Part shown: positions 59,201 through 64,000 of the stretch, in pieces
Numbering within the stretch: the stretch's first letter is position 1
How the letters are laid out: every line of letters begins with the position of its first letter
DNA from: Camelus dromedarius
Taxonomy: Eukaryota
Length of the DNA stretch: 64,000 nt
Direction: 5' to 3'
NCBI RefSeq assembly: GCF_036321535.1
Contig: NC_087437.1
Coordinates: forward strand, 122,266,001 to 122,330,000
Translations under genes and position numbers: made by a program
Notes under the pieces: model-generated
What the model saw: the letters and a program-made list of their open reading frames with translations, nothing else
Database searches by the model: none
What the model was told of the DNA's origin: nothing

Positions 59201-62200
59201 AAGACAGGGAGACATGGCAGCATGTTTTCACGTCTGTGTGCTGAAGGGGACATGAAGGACTCTCACTGGACGAATGTCCTTGAGCAGGTGCAGATGAGAT
59301 TCCAGCCAAGGGGAGAGACTGACTTTGCCCACAGGCTAGACACAGGGAGGCTGGTGGAGGGGAGGGGCAAGGGGGCATGAGGACCCAGCAAACTCCCTTC
59401 TGGCCGGTTCTTTCTCAGTAAAACCATAAACAAGGGTGGAAGAAGAGGCAGGGAGGGTCTGGCCTGCTGTTCGGGGTGGCATCGAGGCCCTGAGGCTAGC
59501 CTAGAGGGGGAGCGGGCAGGTGCCAGCGCTCCCCGCCCACCCAGGGGCTTAGCCAGCCAGCCGCACTCACTTCTCTCTAGGAAACTTTAAACTTTCAGGA
59601 ATAAACCATCAATGAAACTGATTTCAAATAACAACAGTTTAAGCCATACCACCGAGGGCACTGCATCTGTCCTCCGAGAGCTTACACTTCACGTGTCTGA
59701 CTTGCCTTCTTTTTTAAACAGTCTCGTCCTTGCTAACCCAGCATGAAGCAGCCCAAAGGACACAACGAACCCCAGGGAACGGGCTTCACCTCTTGCTCTC
59801 CTCTTTCTCCAGCAGCAGACCGCTAGACAGACACTGGGCCAGGAGCTCCTGGGCAGAGGCTCCCTGCGTCAGCTCCTCCGCGCTAGGAAGCCGCCCCTCT
59901 CGGCCACGCTCCACGTTCCTCTTCGCTTGGCGGGGCATGTGAAGAGACGGGGTGGAAAGCTTGTTTGCAGAAGGATGAAGAGGCCTTATCCCGAAACTGT
60001 AAGAACAGGAGAGGGAGGAAGGGTTCCTCTGGCATCAGGTAGAGTGGGGTGCTTCGGGGTCAGGCACGGGCGCAGAGGGTGGGCAGCCTCTGCTTTTCCA
60101 AGACTTTCTGCTCTCCGGGCAGCTGGGCTCTCAGAGCTTCTCTGTGCTGAGTTTTGATTCCCATTCCAGGGTCATCAGCAGGTTGTTTTCCCCTAACGTT
60201 GGCATGGTTCTTATGTTTGCATCTAGCTCCTAAATCCATCTAGAAGTAAAGTTTACAGCAGCAGGAGACAGGGGTCTAATGTTTTTTCTAAACAGGTGCC
60301 AATGTCTGTCCTCCCTCCACCAATTAATTTGGAGTGGCACTTGTGTCACATACGGTTCTATTCCTATTCTGACCCATTTGGCCACAGTAACTATTACAGA
60401 ACAGACCTTTCTTGTCAAAATTTTCTCAGCAACTGCTACACATTTTCTCATCCTGATGAATTTTAGAATTAACTTGTCCAGATCAGGATAAAACATTCTT
60501 TTGGGTTTTTGAGCAGAAATGCCCTGACTTTATAGTTTGAGAACTGACATTTTTATAGCATTGTGTCCTCCCATCAACAAAGCCTAGCCTGCCCCTCATT
60601 TATTCTGGTTTCCTTTGCACCTTCAGGGCCCTGAGAATCGCTTTCACAGGGGTTGAGCACCTCCCCTGGTCAGTTTGTGTCCATATGTTCTAGTTTTATT
60701 GCTGCTGTAAATGAGAATTTTTGTACGTTGTAGGTTGATCTGTCTGTTCATCTTGCTGAATGCTGAATAGTTCGAAGGGTGTGACTGTTGATTATCTTGA
60801 ACTGACAATTTTACTGTCTGGAAATGACAGTCTGTCCTTCCTCTTGATAATTTATGCCACTGTATCTGTGTCCCTACACTGGGCAGGGTCTCCAGGACAA
60901 CAGTGAACAGCAGTGATGTCAGGGAGCTCAACTTAAAATTTTAGTGTTTCTCCTGTTTTACCAAGAATACCAAGAAGCATGTTTTGTTGGGTTTTTTTTT
61001 TTTTTTTTTTTTTTTTGGTAGTTTTACAGTAGATAGCCCTATCAAGCTAAGGAATTTTTTACTCAAATTTGATAAGAAATTTTATCAGGAAAGGGTGTCC
61101 AATTTTCTTCTCGGGGAGAGGGGGCAGGAATGTGTATAAATCTCAAGGAAAGCATTTCAACACCTACTGAAATGATCATTTATTTTTCTCTTACAGCAGC
61201 AAATTACACGAACACATTTCTATTCTTGACATTGTTTAGTGTGGTATAAACCGAGCTTGTGAGTTTTTTTAAGTGAGCTTGTGAATTTTTTTATGTACTG
61301 CATGACTGCATATGCTAACATTTTACTTGGTATTTCTGACCCAGGTTTATAAGTGAGATAAGATGTCAACTTTCTGCAGTCTGTGGTTATATTATGGATT
61401 TCAGGGTCAGGTTCATCTGATAAACAAAATGAGATGCTTGCTTTTCCTAGCTCTAGATCAGTTTCTACTACATGGGAATGATCTGTTCTTTGAGCATCTG
61501 TGGGAACTGTCCCACAATGGGTTGGATTCTGTGTATAGAAAGTGAATTTCGGTTGTGAACTCTGGAAGAGAATATAGTTCACTGTCTTGACTGAGGGATG
61601 ACAGAAACACACAATGAACACAGATCTCACCGGCCGTGACTCAACTGTAGCTCCTTCTGCGTCTGCATTCTGGCTTGTTCCCACGACAAAGGAATGTCAT
61701 ATTTTTTCAAGTCGTCTTTAAAAAAATACACACATATCTGACCATCTTCACTCAGTGCCTCTGAGAAAACAACACAAAAATAAGAAGAGACAAGAGTATC
61801 AAAAGAGCAGTAAGTGACCACTTGACGTTTGCTTAAATTCACCGACTTAAGGACAAGCCCTTCTGATTAATTAAAGTCACACAATTCTGTTTCTCCCACA
61901 CTTGAGCTAAATATGCTCCAAGTGTCCATGGTCATTCAAGGTCCCGAGAGGCTCAAGTCCAGATGGGCACAGCCGGTGTGACTGCTCAGAGCTTCAGAAG
62001 TTGCTCTAACTTAAAATCAACCCAGGGGACCCATTTCAAGGAGATGAGTCCAGGCTCTCCCAGAACCTTCTCAGCTCTTCCCAATGTTTATAAGTCACCT
62101 GGAAGTCACTGGCCTGAAGAGGCAGTCCTAAGGAAAGGAAGGGTGGGGATCCATAGGAAAGAAACAAACATCAAGTAAACATCTTTCTTAGCTAAAACTG

Positions 62201-64000
62201 GACCAGGAAAGTCTCACGAGGAGCCAGCCCTGCAGTGCCGAGCGCTAAGCACCTGATGTGACAGGAAGCCTGGGGGGTGTCCAGTCCCTCAGCCTGTGGT
62301 TGATGCACAAGGCAACGATGTCATCCCATGGGATCTCGGCAACGGAGGGCCCTGGCCCCGGGCCCGGCGAGGGGCTCTTGCTCTTCCACCTGCGGTACGT
62401 GCTGCGAAGCAGGCTCTCCACCTGGGACTGGAGGACGGGCTGCGTGTGGCGAGAGCTGGGGATCTGGGAGGCATACTGGACAACCATGGAGCACACAGGG
62501 AGCCAGGGAGCTGGAGAGAAAGCACCTGGTGAGTCACACTTTGGCCAAAGTACAAGTGGAAACCTGTGTAAAATGTTCTTCACCCTCTATCTTCCTAGGA
62601 AAAAGCAACTGTGAAATCGAGAAGTTTGCCTTCAACTTTGAATACAACAAACTACAGCTATTGAGGAAAAGCATCTCCCGCTCCCTTACCATCCAGGTAA
62701 GGGATGCAAACAGTCACCCAGGTCAGAATTCACAACAGAGGGTCCGTCCCAGAGGCTCTGACTGCACAGTCCTGTGGTTGCACCCAATAATCTGTATTTG
62801 ACCGAGCACCCAGGGAGGTCTGGTCCCAGAGGCACTGGGGAGCCCTGACCCAGCTCACAGCCGAGGATGTGCATGGTGCGGTCTGTTTCCCTTTGGGCTC
62901 CTTCAGTTAACAAATGTCTGTCAGAACTATAGGAGACTGCCCCTCAAAATTCTGAAAGATGCCCGAGGCCTCTGTTTTACGCAGTCTGAAGGAGAATGGC
63001 CCTGCCAAGGCCACATGCCGTGCCAGGTGAGCATGAACAGCCCTGTTCCCTCCTAACAGCATCAGCAAGGGGAGGGGCAGCTTCCTCACGGCACAGGGAT
63101 CCACAGAGTCTGCATCAGAACAGCCCAAAGGCCTGACTCGGGCACAGCCAGAGACAGAGAACGAGCTTCTGATGGAGAAGGAAACCCAGTGTTAAGGCAG
63201 CACCGAGTGCCGTGGCCCCGCCGGAGCCAGCAGCGTGAGGACAGCGCTGCCCCGTCCCCATGCTTTTTGCTCCCAAACCCTGTGGTGCAGACAGGATGGG
63301 AACTGCTGTTAATTCAGAAACTCCAGGCCTTGGATTCGGCACTCTTCCTGACACCACTTGCCACCTCCCCGCCGAGGCTGAGCAGATACCCACAGACTGT
63401 GGTGGGTGGTGAAGGGCCAACAGCTCCCACTCCACAAGCCCAGCCCCTGAACCCCAAGGCCAGTGAGAACGGTGTAGTGTGGGCGGGGTGCACAGTGGTG
63501 GCGGTGGGGCTACAAACCTCATGCTGGTGCCCAACACCCACCAGACTGTCTTTCCAGCAAGAAAGGAGATGGGGAACTTGGCTGCCCCTCCACTCCTTCC
63601 CACCCGGTAACCCTCGGCACAAGCACGCACCCCCGGGGGGCGGAAGGTCCATCTGCGGAAGCTGGAAGCCAAGGACGGCCTGCTTCAGCCAGGCCAGATG
63701 CTCCGGGGTGTTCCAGTGGAGGTGAGGAAGCAGCTGGCTGCCCCCTGCCTCAGCGAACTCGGGGACAGGCCAGGACAGGTCACAGAGCTGCTCGGAGGAC
63801 GCTACAGAGGCCAGGAAGTGCAGCACGCTGTTGAACAGCTCGATGACCACGCTGGGCTCCTGCGAGGCCAGGCCGCCCTGCCGCCTCTCTCGTCTGTCGT
63901 GGAAAAACCGGCCACTAAACTCCCGACTAACCCCGTCTTCCACGTACTGAACAAGGGTCTGGCAGCAAAGGTCAAGAGCACAGGGGCAGTGGGAGACCAG
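56087..64000 (-). CDS. MCM3AP: Germinal-center associated nuclear protein GANP (MCM3-associated protein), last 6 exons, 5'-truncated by the window edge
   Basis: Spliced frame ...[23 protein letters not shown]...[18 protein letters not shown]...[11 protein letters not shown]...FEDQLQQ...[16 protein letters not shown]. All introns GT-AG with consistent phases. Confidence 0.97.
57377..57527 (-). CDS. MCM3AP: MCM3AP penultimate exon ([14 protein letters not shown]...TTSPQ)
   Basis: AG/GT boundaries, 151 nt. Confidence 0.95.
58025..59200 (-). mobile_element. L2 fragment in an MCM3AP intron
   Basis: cattcattc..atgtatttat..gggatacagc..aaaacaga, the typical L2 3' end in reverse. Confidence 0.7.
59790..59996 (-). 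CDS. MCM3AP: MCM3AP exon ([12 protein letters not shown]...[10 protein letters not shown])
   Basis: AG/GT boundaries, 207 nt. Confidence 0.93.
60200..61400 (-). mobile_element. Ancient L1 ORF2 fragment in an MCM3AP intron
   Basis: Minus-strand [10 protein letters not shown] and [10 protein letters not shown]. Confidence 0.65.
61631..61760 (-). CDS. MCM3AP: MCM3AP exon ([31 protein letters not shown]...)
   Basis: AG/GT boundaries, 130 nt. Confidence 0.95.
62253..62510 (-). CDS. MCM3AP: MCM3AP exon ([16 protein letters not shown]...PRLPVTS)
   Basis: AG/GT boundaries, 258 nt. Confidence 0.95.
63631..64000 (-). CDS. MCM3AP: MCM3AP exon, partial (...[23 protein letters not shown]...QMDLPPPG)
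   Basis: G|GTGCGT donor; ORF continues past the window edge. Confidence 0.95.

Overview
Mammalian genomic DNA, probably camelid (judged from one SINE), from the SPATC1L-LSS-MCM3AP block that is syntenic with human 21q22.3. All three genes lie on the minus strand. SPATC1L is complete (4 coding exons, 343 aa, 16436->1214). LSS (lanosterol synthase) is complete (22 coding exons, 732 aa, 41427->21584, DCTAE catalytic motif intact). MCM3AP/GANP is represented by its last 6 exons (>64000->56087). Every junction was checked by hand for GT-AG and reading frame. The rest is mostly repeats: old L1, L2, MLT and Tigger1 fragments, plus a ~10 kb degenerate L1 between the LSS promoter and the MCM3AP 3' end. 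The most unusual structure is a 3.07 kb TSD-flanked composite retroposon (L1 5'UTR+ORF1, then scrambled older L1 pieces; HAL1-like) inserted into that L1's ORF2. Other candidates worth checking are a divergent spliced lncRNA from the LSS CpG island, a purine-rich minisatellite with SRE-like motifs upstream of LSS, and a strong-Kozak uORF just ahead of SPATC1L. I found no support for a new protein-coding system; the long unexplained ORFs are GC-rich or repeat artefacts.
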